Translations under genes and position numbers: made by a program
In this document: piece after piece, positions 26,625 through 39,000 of the stretch
Layout: each line of letters starts with the position of its first letter
Numbering within the stretch: the first letter of the stretch is position 1
The notes under the pieces: generated by a model
What the model was told of the DNA's origin: nothing
Databases searched by the model: none
The model's input: the letters and a program-made list of their open reading frames with translations, nothing else
DNA from: Phyllobates terribilis
Taxonomy: Eukaryota
DNA: 64,000 nt
Direction: 5' to 3'
Assembly: GCF_046119375.1 (NCBI RefSeq)
Contig: NW_027362764.1
Span: 188,604,001 to 188,668,000, forward strand

Positions 26625-27345
26625 TGCAGAAAAAAATTATATTCAATTTGCAACCTGATGGAGGTCAGTATAGATGGAGTAATAGAACAAGTCCCACACA
26701 CAGCTAGAAGCCCAAATATTTTTTCAGAGCTAGATGCAGATAAAAATTATTTTTAATTTGCAACCTGATGGAGGTCAGTATAGATGGACTAATAGAGAAA
26801 GTCCCACACACTGCTAGAAGGCCAAATATTTTTTCAGAGCTAGATGCAGACAAAAAATTATATTCAGTTTGCAACCTGATGGAGGTCTGTATAGATGGAT
26901 TAATAGAACAAGTCCCACACACAGCTAGAAGCCCAATATTTTTTCAGAGCTAGATGCAGAAAAAAATTATATTCAATTTCCAACCTGATGGAGGTCAGTA
27001 TAGATGGTGTAATAGAACAAGTCCCACACACAGCTAGAAGGCCAAATATTTTTTCAGAGGTAGATGCAGAAAAAAATTATATTCAGTTTGCAACCTGATG
27101 GAGGTCTGTATAGATGGATTAATAGAACAAGTCCCACACACAGCTACAAGCCCAATATTTTTTCAGAGGTAGATGCAGAAAAAAATATATTCAGTTTGCA
27201 GCCTGATGGAGGTCAGTATAGATGGACTAATAGAGAAAGTCCCACACACTGCTAGAAGGCCAAATATTTTTTCAGAGCTAGGTGCAGAAAAAAATTATAT
27301 TCAATTTGCAACCTGATGGAGGTCAGTATAGATGGACTATTAGAA
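26625..27345. repeat. ~110-bp tandem repeat (~7 copies) 5' of the hAT transposase, copy 1
   Basis: CAACCTGATGGAGGTC..AAGTCCCACACAC..GCTAGATGCAG every ~110 bp. Confidence 0.93.
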
Positions 27346-28872
27346 TGATGCTATGCCCAAAAGATTTTACTTCACTAGGTGCAGTAAAAAAATTGGTATT
27401 CTATACACAGGTGGTATATCTTGCAACACAGATAGGCTACTCCACTGACTAACACACTCTGCAATAGGCCAAAAAGGATTAGCTTTGCTAGATTCAGCCA
27501 AATGCTGTGAAAAAAACTTGCACAGCACTGGCACAGACCTGCCTGGCAAAAACTGATAGGAACTGATGTAACCTAGTCCTGAAAAGGACTCCAATTACAA
27601 TTAGTCTTTACTCCCACAACCTATCTATTTAAGAGCACAGACCTGCCTGATAAAAGTCGTAGGAAATGCTGTAACCTAGTCCTTAAAAGGACTGCAATCA
27701 CAACTATTCCCTACTCCCAAGCTATCTGTAGATTTGTGCGAAAATTGGCTTGAAATTAACAAGGTATAGCGCACACAGCAACAGCGGTGCCGTCTAACAC
27801 GCAGCTGCAGCAGTGAGAAAATGGTGGCGACGGGGAAAATGGCTTGGTCTTATAGGGCAAGGACATGTGACATACACTGCCAATGACACATGCCCTTGCT
27901 TGTGTGAAAAAAAGCACTTCGCTCCGTGTGTGCGCTGCTGATAGGCTGACAGATTGCACCTCCCCACTGTAAATGCGGGAAAGAGAAAAAAAAATGGAGT
28001 TCTTCATTATTCCTGCAGAGATCCATCCCCTGCCCCTCCCCCCATCCCGCTGTACACTCAAACTGCGTATTAACATTAATTTTCATCATTACTGAGAAAA
28101 AATCCAGTTATGATTTTGGTGCACGAACAGTTATCGAACATAACCTCGAACAGCCGAATTTTTCTCAAATCGTTCGTGTTCGCCGAACGGCTCGAACACC
28201 GCCCAAAACAGCTCGAATTTGAGATTGGCGAACAGTTCGAGTAGAACAACGCTCATCTCTAATCTTGAGAAAAGAAGATTATGTGGCAATACTGAAGCAA
28301 CATCTTCCAAATAGCCAGGAAGTTAAAGCTTGGGCGGGAATGGGTCTTCCAAATGGACAATGAACCGAAGCATACTGCCAAAACGGTAACAAAGTGGCTT
28401 AAGGATAACAAAGTCAATGTTTTGGAGTGGCCATCACAAAGCCCTGATCTCAATCCTATTGAAAATGTATGGGGAAAGCTGAAAAGGCAGGTGCGAGCAA
28501 GGTGACCTACAAACCTGGATCAGTTTCACCAGTTTTGTCAGGAGGAATGAGCCCAAATTCCGACCAACTATTGTGAGAAGTTTGTGGAAGGATATCCCAA
28601 ACTTTTGACCCTAGTCATTCAGTTTAAGGGCAATGGTACCAAATACTAATGAAATGTATGTAAACTTTTGACTTTGCAGTTAGTAATAAAAATGCCTTAA
28701 AACATTCTCTCTCATTATTTTGGCATTTGGCAAATATTAAAAATTATGGCAATCCTTATTGACCTAAAACGGGAAAATGCAAATAAAAATCAAATTTATG
28801 CAATGTGATTTTCTTGATTATTTTTTGGATATTCTACCTCTCAATGTTAAAATTAACCTACCCTTTAATGTG

Positions 28873-28875
<3 letters not shown>

Positions 28876-28926
<51 letters not shown>
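28876..28926. repeat. (TA)n microsatellite
   Basis: Direct reading. Confidence 0.98.
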
Positions 28927-28929
<3 letters not shown>

Positions 28930-29087
28930 TACAGACCAAAAGTTTGGACACACCTTCTCATTTAAAGATTTTTCTGTATTTTCATGACTATGAAAATTGT
29001 TCATTCACACTGAAGGCATCAAAACTATGAATTAACACGTGTGGAATTATATACTTAACAAAAAATTGTGAAACAACTGAAAATATG
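28927..29087 (+). mobile_element. Isolated left TIR of the DD38E Tc1 family
   Basis: TA|CAGTACAGACCAAAAGTTTGGACACACC... is the reverse complement of 15880-16041. Confidence 0.88.
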
Positions 29088-29089
29088 TT

Positions 29090-29134
29090 ACTCACTGAGG
29101 AACCGGACAGGACGTCCGTGAAACGCATATGAAT
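29090..29134 (+). ncRNA. Degenerate type I hammerhead ribozyme (PLE-type remnant)
   Basis: ACTCA-CTGAGGA-(CGGAC..GTCCG)-GAAA-CGCA-TA-TGAAT. The usual CGCG is CGCA and stem I has a mismatch. Confidence 0.55.
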
Positions 29135-29239
29135 GTAGTTTATTAATAAAAAATATTTCCATTAACCCTTTAATCACTGGATCATCTTTTCATACGGAGG
29201 AGCGCGGATATCTATACACCTTTCTTCTGCCATATCCAC

Positions 29240-29594
29240 CTGTTGACGTAACTTTGCTAAACTGTCTCCTCACATCATTTTGGGAGACTATGAAATCAGT
29301 CCATTCATCCCCCAATATCAATATTGCTGATCGTTTCCTAGCTCCATCCCCCATCCCTGTTAGTTCTGCACATGTATTGCTAAATCTGTTGAAAAACTCA
29401 GCCATGTCCAGTCCCCCATCCGTCTCATCTGGCCTCACCTGAAACCCAGTTATAAGTTTCATTCCCGAACACACCTCCCTGGAGTTATTATGTGACATTT
29501 TATTTTCTAGTTTTAATCTAAAAGCCTCCCGGGCATTTTTTATTTTGTTTTTCAAGTCTTGTTGTATCATTTTAATTTTCTCTTTATCCCTCAT
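29240..29594 (-). pseudogene. LINE ORF2 fragment (Rex1/Babar-like EN-RT linker)
   Basis: QQDLKNKIKNAREAFRLKLENKMSHNNSREVCSGMKLITGF..FFNRF..VSQNDVRRQF resembles this linker; recognised from memory. Confidence 0.55.
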
Positions 29595-29639
29595 TTTAAA
29601 TGCTATTTTTTTCCTATTTGGTAAGTGTTTTAATTCTAA

Positions 29640-30010
29640 AATGAAAAATGTCAGAACATCTGCTCATGAGCTGAATCTCAAGAAAATGTGGGTCAAACAG
29701 CAAAACAATGACCCAAAGCACACAAGTCGTTCTTCAAAAGAATGGTTAAAGATAAATAAAGTTAAAGTTTTGGAATGGCCACACCAAAGTCCTGACCTTA
29801 ATCCTATAGAAATGTTGTGGAAGGACCTGAAGCAAGCTGTTTCTGGGGAAAAAACACACCAACATAACAGAGTTGAAGTTGTTTTGTATGGAGGAAATGG
29901 GGTAGTTGATGTTCAGGACTAATCAACAATTATTGGAAATATTTAGATGTAGTTATTTCAGCACAAGGAGGTTATACCAAATGCTGAAAGCAAAGGTTCA
30001 CATACTTTTT
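29640..30010 (+). pseudogene. Tc1 transposase 3' fragment
   Basis: [41 protein letters not shown]. Confidence 0.85.
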
Positions 30011-30360
30011 CCACTTAAAGTCATGTAATATTGCATCATTCAATAAAAAAAGTCATATATTTTTAAAACTGCTTGATTTGGCCCTCATTATCTGATTTTA
30101 GGACTTCTCGAGAGTCCACAAACTTTAAAGCATCACTTTATATGACTGGTTTTAGAAATTTCTGCAACTTAAATCTTAATTGGGTTGTTTCTGCATGTGC
30201 AAGTAATTTTGCAAAACTTATTGAAATGAATGAGGTAGAAGGACAGATTTCTGCATTAATATTGCTAAAGGGTATTTTCACAATTATTTTTTTTAGGAGC
30301 CTTTGGAGCAAAAAGTCTTCACAAACCTTAAGGAGTTCAAAAAAACTGAGAGTGAACAGC

Positions 30361-30706
30361 AAGGGCTCATTCACACGTCCAATTTTTCCGCCTGCGAGAA
30401 AAACGGACCGATTGTTGTGATCAGACTTTGGTCTTAGGGTCATCCATGGAGAAATAAAGCAAAATGTTTCTCCACCTTCTCCATTCTGACAGTCCATGAA
30501 AATGTAGTCAGATTTTTTCACGAACCGATCGACTTGTATTACCAATTTTGATCTGACTCTCGGATCAAAATCGGACTTGTCTTTGCCTGCCCATGAAAAA
30601 TCACGGACATGTGAATGACCCCATAGACTATCACAGGTATGAGTACGATCCTTGAAAATCACAGATAGCACTCATACGTGAAAATCCGTCCTCTGAATGA
30701 GTTCTA
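30361..30706. mobile_element. Small MITE (PIF/Harbinger-like)
   Basis: Imperfect TIR AAGGGCTCATTCACACG / CCTCTGAATGAGTTCT; internally palindromic. Confidence 0.45.
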
Positions 30707-31568
30707 AGGGTGTATTATCCTGAATGATTAGTAATATGGTAGCATATTAGAGATTTACTATTCCTATGTCTTGATATAAAAGTTAAGTTTTACTAAAAGT
30801 GTGCTATAAAGTAGCACAAGTATAGTGCAAAAAAATATATATACAGTATTTTTTAAATATTGGCATCTTAAAGGAGCACAAGGTTTTCATTGCTACCTCA
30901 TTAGTGGTATCACATCATTAGTAATATGTATAATAATTGGTATAAGGTCTTTGTTCTCTGCTTGTTTTGGAGACATTTTGATTGTATTTTGTAACACACA
31001 CAATTTGTTATATACTGCTGAAAAACAAGCCAAACCAAAATAGTTTTTTGCCATCATGTAACACTGCCGATATCTGCAAGCAAAGCTTTTAATCGGCTGA
31101 TTTAACAGCCACAAACTAAAGTATATCGGATATTTTGAGCACATATGTATTTAAGCTGAATGGCGTATTACACACAGACAATATATAAATAAATACTATC
31201 TCTCATTATCAATTACACCAGATGTTTCACCAAGTGCTTTTTATTATCCAACCACATGGAGAAGGCTATACTTTGAAGCAAAATTCATTATCGGTCCCTT
31301 CTGCACATGTATTATGTATGTTAATATGGTAGGCTGAGATAGCATGGTGTACATTTTTACGATATATGGCACAGTCTCAGAAGTTAATTCAACAAATCTA
31401 CCAGATGTAAAATAAAAACTAACATGGATTCCACACTAGAGTGTCAAATGATATATTGGAATATTTTAGTGAAAGTATTTGTGATTTCATGATTTTCTGT
31501 TTTTCATGTTTAAAATGAGTTTCTACTACTATTTTAGGTAAATGTGTATTTCCCCAATGTCTAATTAA

Positions 31569-32260
31569 CCCCTTTGTTACCCTACGATTTTCAGTATTTT
31601 CTTTTTTGTTTATTCCTCCTGTTCTTCCAAGAGCCATAACTTTTTTATTCTTCCATCCACATTGCTGTATGAGGGCTTTTATTGCAATGTTGTGGCAGCC
31701 AAAAAAACTTAATTTTGGCTTTTTGATTTTTTTTGTCTTTACGCTGTTTACTGATCTGATTAATTTATTTTATATTTTGAATTCATGGATACCAAATATG
31801 TGTTAGTTTTTTTTTACTGTTTTATTTTTAAAAGGGGATGAATTGGACTTGTGTTTTTTCTTATTTTTTTTCATATTTTTAAAAACTTTTTTTCTTTTTA
31901 CTGTATTTGTTAGTCCCCTTAGGAGACTTGTGCTATACATAGTGGTTCATCAGTGCATCCGTATAGCTAAAATCATGATCTCCTATGAACGCAAGCCACG
32001 AGTCATAAGCAGATCCTCGCGATCATGTCTTGTGGAATTACGCGACCCGCTGCCGGCATGTGTTAAATGTCACTGTCAGAGATTGACAGTGGGATTTAAC
32101 AGGTTAACAGCCATGGGCGGAGCTCTGCTCCACCAGCTGCTGTTAAAGGCATTAAATCAACCATCATGTGTGGGGAAAAATGAAGGCTCAGTGTGTGAAC
32201 CCGCATCAAAGGCAAGGACACGACTCCTGACGTACAGGTACGTCAAAGGCCGTGAAGGGA
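31569..32260. mobile_element. Non-autonomous TTAA-target (piggyBac-like) element
   Basis: TTAA|CCCCTTTG ... GTGAAGGGA|TTAA. Confidence 0.55.
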
Positions 32261-33302
32261 TTAAAGTGGAATTTGACATTAAAGTTACAAAACTCTGCCA
32301 ATTTAACTGATTATTCACATTTGATGATATAATTTTATTGGCAGTGTTTTGTTTTTAGGGGACAAAAACCGCTGGCGGAGATGTCTGACAGAGACTTTCT
32401 CTTCTCTCCCCTTTGAAAACACATGAACGATAGGCCAAATTGTGCACCCATGTGTATGAGAAGATCAGGAGAGATATTTGACTTCCAAAGAAAAATCTAG
32501 CTGACAGCTGTCTCATGTGTATGGCCATCTATAGAGCACACCTTGATATGCTCAGAGCTAACGACATAAAGCCATTAGGCTTGGAGATTACAGTGCTGGA
32601 GCTATAACATAATAAATGAAGCCCCCTACCTATGTTTACCCACAGGGGCTGTGATCAAAAGTAATCTTTTCATCTAAGGCTTTATGGGGCCACTGAAACG
32701 TTGGTGCAATTATTAATAAACCTATACCATACCTTAACTGACTTTACAAGTTACTAGTCATAAAACGCTACAGTTAAATGTTGACATTTGATACTGCTTT
32801 TCCTAGTAGTAATAATTAACTAATTTCCATGCATTACACAATCATAGTTATTTGCTTTTCCGTTGCCATAGATTCCTTTGTATTTGCATTTAATTATTGC
32901 AATTTGTGTGAATTTAGCTGTGAACAGATTGCTATTAATAATTTTATAGAATCTAAGGTTTCAAATCTGTGACTAAAGTGTACGGAATACTTAAAGAGTT
33001 ACTTCTAGTTCAGTATTATGTATTAATAGTACTGAGCAAATGTGACTGTCATGATTCCACAGACAATGTTTTTTTTTGCTTTTACATGTTCATTCATGCA
33101 GATGTCTGTATGGATAAGCCATATACTGTATATATTAATCTTTCAAAGAAGACCTCTAAAAAAATAGATTTAAATGCCTTGTAAAAATCTCTGCCGCTCT
33201 TTTCCATTTTGCGCTGCATCACTCCATTGCAGAGATATTCACATACATTGCGTCTGGAGCGCAGCATGTGAAATCACTGCTTTGCCATCCAACTAGGTGT
33301 TT

Positions 33303-33447
33303 TTTCAGAGTCTTCTCTGGGGATTTGCACTTTCACCCCTCCCTACCAAATGCTGCCAGTCACTGATTACAAGATCAGCTGCTGAGCTCTGGCAGGGTCT
33401 GGGAGGGAGAGGTGAAAGTGCAAATCCCCAGAGAAGACTCTGTAGAA
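33303..33447. repeat. Inverted repeat (~45-bp arms), probably MITE interior
   Basis: CAGAGTCTTCTCTGGGGATTTGCACTTTCACC / GGTGAAAGTGCAAATCCCCAGAGAAGACTCTG. Confidence 0.8.
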
Positions 33448-35224
33448 ATGCCCAGTTGGATTGCAAGCAGAAATTTCACACACTGTTTAAATTTTGTGCA
33501 ACTCTGTGCAAATAAAGGTGTGGCCTCCTTTTTCTTTAAGCTGGACATTATATTCATGTAGTTCCCCATGTCTGGGTGTCCATTGGCCAGGTCTCAGTCC
33601 TTCTCAGCCCTTACCCACATGTATGTCACATGACAAATGGTAAGGTTTTAATACTAGAGGTTAGGACCGTCCCGAATAAGGTCACCATGACGTGGTGGGA
33701 TAGCTTATACATTTTTTTTTATCAAAATTATGTTAACTAAGCACCCTGTATTATTTTATGCACTATTGCTATTTATTTATATACTGTAGGGTATTTGCTT
33801 ATTATGTTTCATCTGTTTAGTGGCCATTGTGAATATGCGCCTATACCACTGCATGCATACCAATTTATATTCCAGTTAATCTCTTTAGGTTGTTTTTTTC
33901 CTACAAAAAACAACTATGTATATCTCTGCAATGGAGTCATGAAGAGAAGCAGAATCAGGGGAGCTCAGGGATTTTTACCTTCCTTCCCCAGGGAGCATTG
34001 CCTACCCTATATGATTCCATATGCCAGCTCCATGATTATTCACTACTTTGCATACTACAAGGGAAATCTCAATTTCTGTACTCTTCCATCTGGTCCTATT
34101 CTCCCCCTGTAAATGCAAAGCCACAAAAATAGTGTAAGTATATAATTCCAGTGACCCTTTAGTGATCAATTTATTCCATTATTAAGGGCTCAATTAAAGC
34201 CTCAATTGAATGCTCAGTTATTACTATTATTACACCCATGAGTGCTGAATTAATGCAGCCACTTAGTCTTAGTGTACCTTTATTGCTGCCATTCAGAAGT
34301 AGAGATGAGCGTTGTTCTACTCGAACTGTTCGCCAATCTCAAATTCGAGCTGTTTTGGGCGGTGTTCGAGCCGTTCGGCGAACACGAACAATTTGAGAAA
34401 AATTCGGCTGTTCGAGGTTATGTTCGATAACTGTTCGTGCACCAAAATCATAACTGGATTTTTTCTCAGTAATGATGAAAATTAATGTTAATACGCAGTT
34501 TGAGTGTACAGCGGGGTGGGGGGAGGGGCAGGGGATGGATCTCTGCAGGAACAATGAAGATCTCCATTTTTTTTTTCTCTTTCCCGCATTTGCAGTGGGG
34601 AGGTGCAATCTGTCAGCCTATCAGCAGCGCACACACGGAGCGAAGTGCTTTTTTTCACACAAGCAAGGGCATGTGTCATTGGCAGTGTATGTCACATGTC
34701 CTTGCCCTATAAGACCAAGCCATTTTCCCCGTCGCCACCATTTTCTCACTGCTGCAGCTGTGTGTTAGACGGCACCGAGGTTGCTGTGTGCGCTATACCT
34801 TGTTAATTTCAAGCCAATTTTCGCACAAATCTACAGATAGCTTGGGAGTAGGGAATAGTTGTGATTGCAGTCCTTTTAAGGACTAGGTTACAGCATTTCG
34901 TACGACTTTTATCAGGCAGGTCTGTGCTCTTAAATAGATAGATTGTGGGAGTAAAGACTAATTGTAATTGGAGTCCTTTTCAGGACTAGGTTACATCAGT
35001 TCCTATCAGTTTTTGCCAGGCAGGTCTGTGCCAGTGCTGTGCAAGTTTTTTTCACAGCATTTGGCTGAATCTAGCAAAGCTAATCCTTTTTGGCCTATTG
35101 CAGAGTGTGTTAGTCAGTGGAGTAGCCTATCTGTGTTGCAAGATATACCACCTGTGTATAGAATACCAATTTTTTTACTGCACCTAGTGAAGTAAAATCT
35201 TTTGGGCATAGCATCATTCTATTA

Positions 35225-35935
35225 GTCCATCTATACTGACCTCCATCAGGTTGCAAATTGAATATAATTTTTTTCTGCATCTAGCTCTGAAAAAATATTG
35301 GGCTTCTAGCTGTGTGTGGGACTTGTTCTATTAATCCATCTATACAGACCTCCATCAGGTTGCAAACTGAATATATTTTTTTCTGCATCTACCTCTGAAA
35401 AAATATTGGGCTTCTAGCTGTGTGTGGGACTTGTTCTATTAATCTATCTATACAGACCTCCATCAGGTTGCAAACTGAATATATTTTTTTCTGCATCTAC
35501 CTCTGAAAAAATATTGGGCTTCTAGCTGTGTGTGGGACTTGTTGTATTAGTCCATCTATACTGACCTCCATCAGGTTGCAAACTGAATATATTTTTTTCT
35601 GCATCTACCTCTGAAAAAATATTGGGCTTCTAGCTGTGTGTGGGACTTGTTGTATTAGTCCATCTATACTGACCTCCATCAGGTTGCAAACTGAATATAT
35701 TTTTTTCTGCATCTACCTCTGAAAAAATATTGGGCTTCTAGCTGTGTGTGGGACTTGTTCTATTAATCCATCTATACTGACCTCCATCAGGTTGCAAACT
35801 GAATATATTTTTTTCTGCATCTAGCTCTGAAAAAATATTGGGCTTCTAGCTGTGTGTGGGACATGTTCTATTAATCCATATATACAGACCGCCATCAGGT
35901 TGCAAATTGAATATAATTTTTTTCTGCATCTAACC
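35225..35935. repeat. ~110-bp tandem repeat (~7 copies), hAT copy 2
   Basis: CCTCCATCAGGTTGCAAA repeats; reverse complement of 26625-27345. Confidence 0.93.
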
Positions 35936-36048
35936 CAGCCAATAGTTTTGGCCTAATACCACAGTTTGGCCACTCAGCTCTGCTCGGTTCCCATCCATTG
36001 TTTTTTTGTGCAAACAACTCCAGAGTTGTGAATTAGTTAACCACCAAA

Positions 36049-39000
36049 ATGAGTGGAAAAAGGCCTGCTGCTGGTGGAAAGGGGAATAGGCGTGTTGGGA
36101 AGGGGAAAAAAGGTTGTGTCCGTGGGGTAGGTGTTAAAGCAACAGTAACATCTGCAGAAGAAAGACCATCTTCCAGCCAAACTAAAATGTCTACTTCTTT
36201 TAGCGGACAATGTGATAAGATCCCTTTCTTACGGCCACGCCAATCGCTACAAATTCCAGATGAGGCACAAAAACAGCAGGTGCTTCAACGGATATCAAGT
36301 GCTCCTTTAAGTGGGCTCTCCTCCACATCAACTTCAACATCACAAATACTCCAGTCCTCAAAGGTGTCACCCCAATCGCACTTGCTTCCTCACAGCTCCC
36401 AAATCTCCAGCTGCCCGTCTGAGTATGAGGTAGAACAGATGGTTGAGTCTGCAGAGCTGTTTACTCATACTATAGCCTGGGAATCAGAGGTCGACTCCAG
36501 CGCTTCTGTGAATCCAGACGAGGAAATGATCTGCACTGATGCCCAGAATCTTTATGAGTCGGATCCAGGACCAGACGCAGAAGGTTCTGACCATAATGTA
36601 GACCCTCATTCCCAAACTGTAACTCCTGTTGGTGGAGACAATGAGGAAGACGATGATAAGACTCAAATACCTGATTGGAGCGACAACTTTAGTTTTTTGT
36701 CAGGGCAGGAACAGATTGGCTCTGAGGACGACGGGTGTGATAACGCACAGGGTGATGATGATGAGGTTGGAGATCCCACTTACTGTCAACCCACAGTCAG
36801 CCAAGAGATGAGGTCAGCAGAGGAGGTGGAGGAAGATGCTAGTGACGACGAGGTCAGGTTGCGCCTTCCTGGACAGAGACGTAGTACTGGAAGCACGTCA
36901 ACAACTGCATCCTCAAACACAACTCTGCCTCTCACCACAAGTCGTGGTGGCTCTTCAGGTCGCATGGGTGCTAAGCCTTGCATAGCCTGGGCATTTTTTC
37001 AGATCGATAAAGATGACCCAACTCGTGTTATCTGTAACATTTGTCAGCAAAAGCTAAGTAGAGGCCAAAAAATACATAGTTTGAGTACTTCATGCATGAA
37101 CCGGCACATGGACATGAAGCATAAGTTGCAGTGGGAAGCTCAGTGTGCTACAATGCGGCCTAGCCGGCCGGGCCAACCACCGTCTGCCATATCTTGTGCA
37201 TCCGCGGCCTCTTCATCCTCTGTGACTGGGGGGACAGCAGTCACACCTGTTTTGGGGCGCAGACCTGCCACCTCTTTACCCGCAACAGCCAGCGTGATTG
37301 GCAGGTCATCATTTTCTTTGGAGGTGGTAACACCAGCTGGTGTTGAGCGCTGTCCGACATCGATAGCACCACCTTTGGATCAAGGCAACCTAACATGTCC
37401 GCCTGCATCTTCCTCACAGACCGGCAGTTTGCCGGGGACACCCTTATCAACCCCGTCTAAGCACAATAGCCAGCCCTCGGTCCCTCAGATGTGGACAAGT
37501 AAAAGACCATTTCCTCCTAGCCATGAGAAAGCTGAGAGGTTGAATTTCACCATCTGCAAGCTCTTGGCTACAGAAATGCTGCCTTTCCGCCTGGTGGACA
37601 CAGAGGATTTTCGAGACCTTATGTCCGTCGCAGTGCCCCAGTACCAGATGCCCAGTCGGCACTACTTCTCAAAGAAAGGTGTGCCTGCGCTCCACCAGCA
37701 TGTCGCACACAACATCACCGCTTCTTTGAGAAACTCTGTGTGTGACAGGGTGCATTTCACCACAGACACTTGGACGAGTAGGCATGGACAGGGGCGTTAC
37801 ATGTCGCTGACTGGGCACTGGGTAACTATGGTGACAGCAGGACAAGGGGCTGCTGTCCAAGTCTTGCCATCCCCACGAGTTGTGCGTCAATCCTCTTTAT
37901 GTCAAAGTTCCTCCACTGCTTCTGCCTCCTCAACCTCCTCTCGGTCTTCCACCTGCACCCAAAGCCTGTCTGGTCATGCCACAAGCTTTCTAACTGCGCA
38001 GAAGGGATCCTGCACACCTCCTTACTATGCTGGCAGTAGGGCTCAACGTCATCAGGCGGTTTTTACATTGAATTGTCTGGGAAATGTGAGTCACACAGCT
38101 GAGGAGTTGTGGTCAGCTCTGGAGAACCAATTTCATGAATGGTTGTCTCCACTGGACCTGAAACCAGGGAAGGCCGTGTGCGACAATGCTGCAAACCTGG
38201 GTGCGGCCCTTCGCCGGGGCAATGTCACACACGTGCCTTGTATGGCTCACGTGTTGAACCTGGTTGTCCAGCAATTTTTAGCCCACTATCCCAGACTAGA
38301 TGGCCTTCTGCAGAGGGCACGGTTGCTGTGTGCTCACTTCCGCCGTTCGCATCCCGCAGCTCAGCGACTTACATCTCTACAGAAGTCGTTGGGCCTGCCA
38401 CTTCACCGGCTAAAATGCGATGTGCCTACCCGGTGGAATTCAACTCTGCACATGTTGCAGCGACTGTGGCAGCACCGACACGCCCTGGTGCAATACGTTC
38501 TGACGTATAGCCTGGGCCAACGAGATTCAGAGGTGGGGCAAATCACGCTGGAGGAGTGGTCTCAGATCAGGGACCTATGCACCCTTCTGCACAGTTTTGA
38601 AATGGCGACGAAGATGTTTAGTGCTGACGATGCCATTATCAGCATGACTATTCCGGTGATTTACATGCTGGAGCACATGTTAAACAGAATTCGGAGTCAG
38701 GTGGTGGCACAAGAGGAGGTGGAGGAAGTAGAGGAGGAGGAGTTGTATGCGGAAGGGCTAACATCTGCAAGGTCCAGACGGTCGGCAGCACCAAGGCGGC
38801 AGGCATGTGAGGGTGGGGGAGATGGTTTTACCAGGGCGCATGGTAGCAGCCAAACTAGTGAGGAAGGTGCAGGAGCCCAGGAAGAAGTGGAGGACGAACT
38901 GATGGAAGACTCATCAGATGAGGGAGACCTTGATCACATTTCTGTTGTGCGAGGTTGGGGGGAGAGGACAGAGGAAGGAAGCATGATTGTTACCTCGCCA

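Larger units (their letters stand above)
18217..28261 (-). mobile_element. Composite hAT element (family 2), copy 1, 10045 bp
   Basis: Ends TAGTGTTGAGCC and CGCTCATCTCTA (imperfect 12-bp TIR), 8-bp TSD ATCTTGAG (18209-18216, 28262-28269), GTTCG/CGAAC subterminal arrays. Near-identical to the reverse complement of 34300-43758. Confidence 0.96.
16100..28777 (+). mobile_element. Sleeping-Beauty-like Tc1 (DD34E, IR/DR) decayed copy, split by a solo LTR and a hAT. Own sequence is 16100-16993, 18063-18216 and 28262-28777
   Basis: Left end TA|CAGTTGAAACCAGAAGTTTACATACAC. Coding remnants [41 protein letters not shown] (34 spacing). Right IR 28593-28777 mirrors 16190-16378 but lacks its outer ~90 bp. 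Confidence 0.9.

Noticed and set aside
16041-28927. One DD38E element bracketing the whole nest
   Set aside because: The two TIRs face outward (a right end followed by a left end), so they belong to two separate copies.
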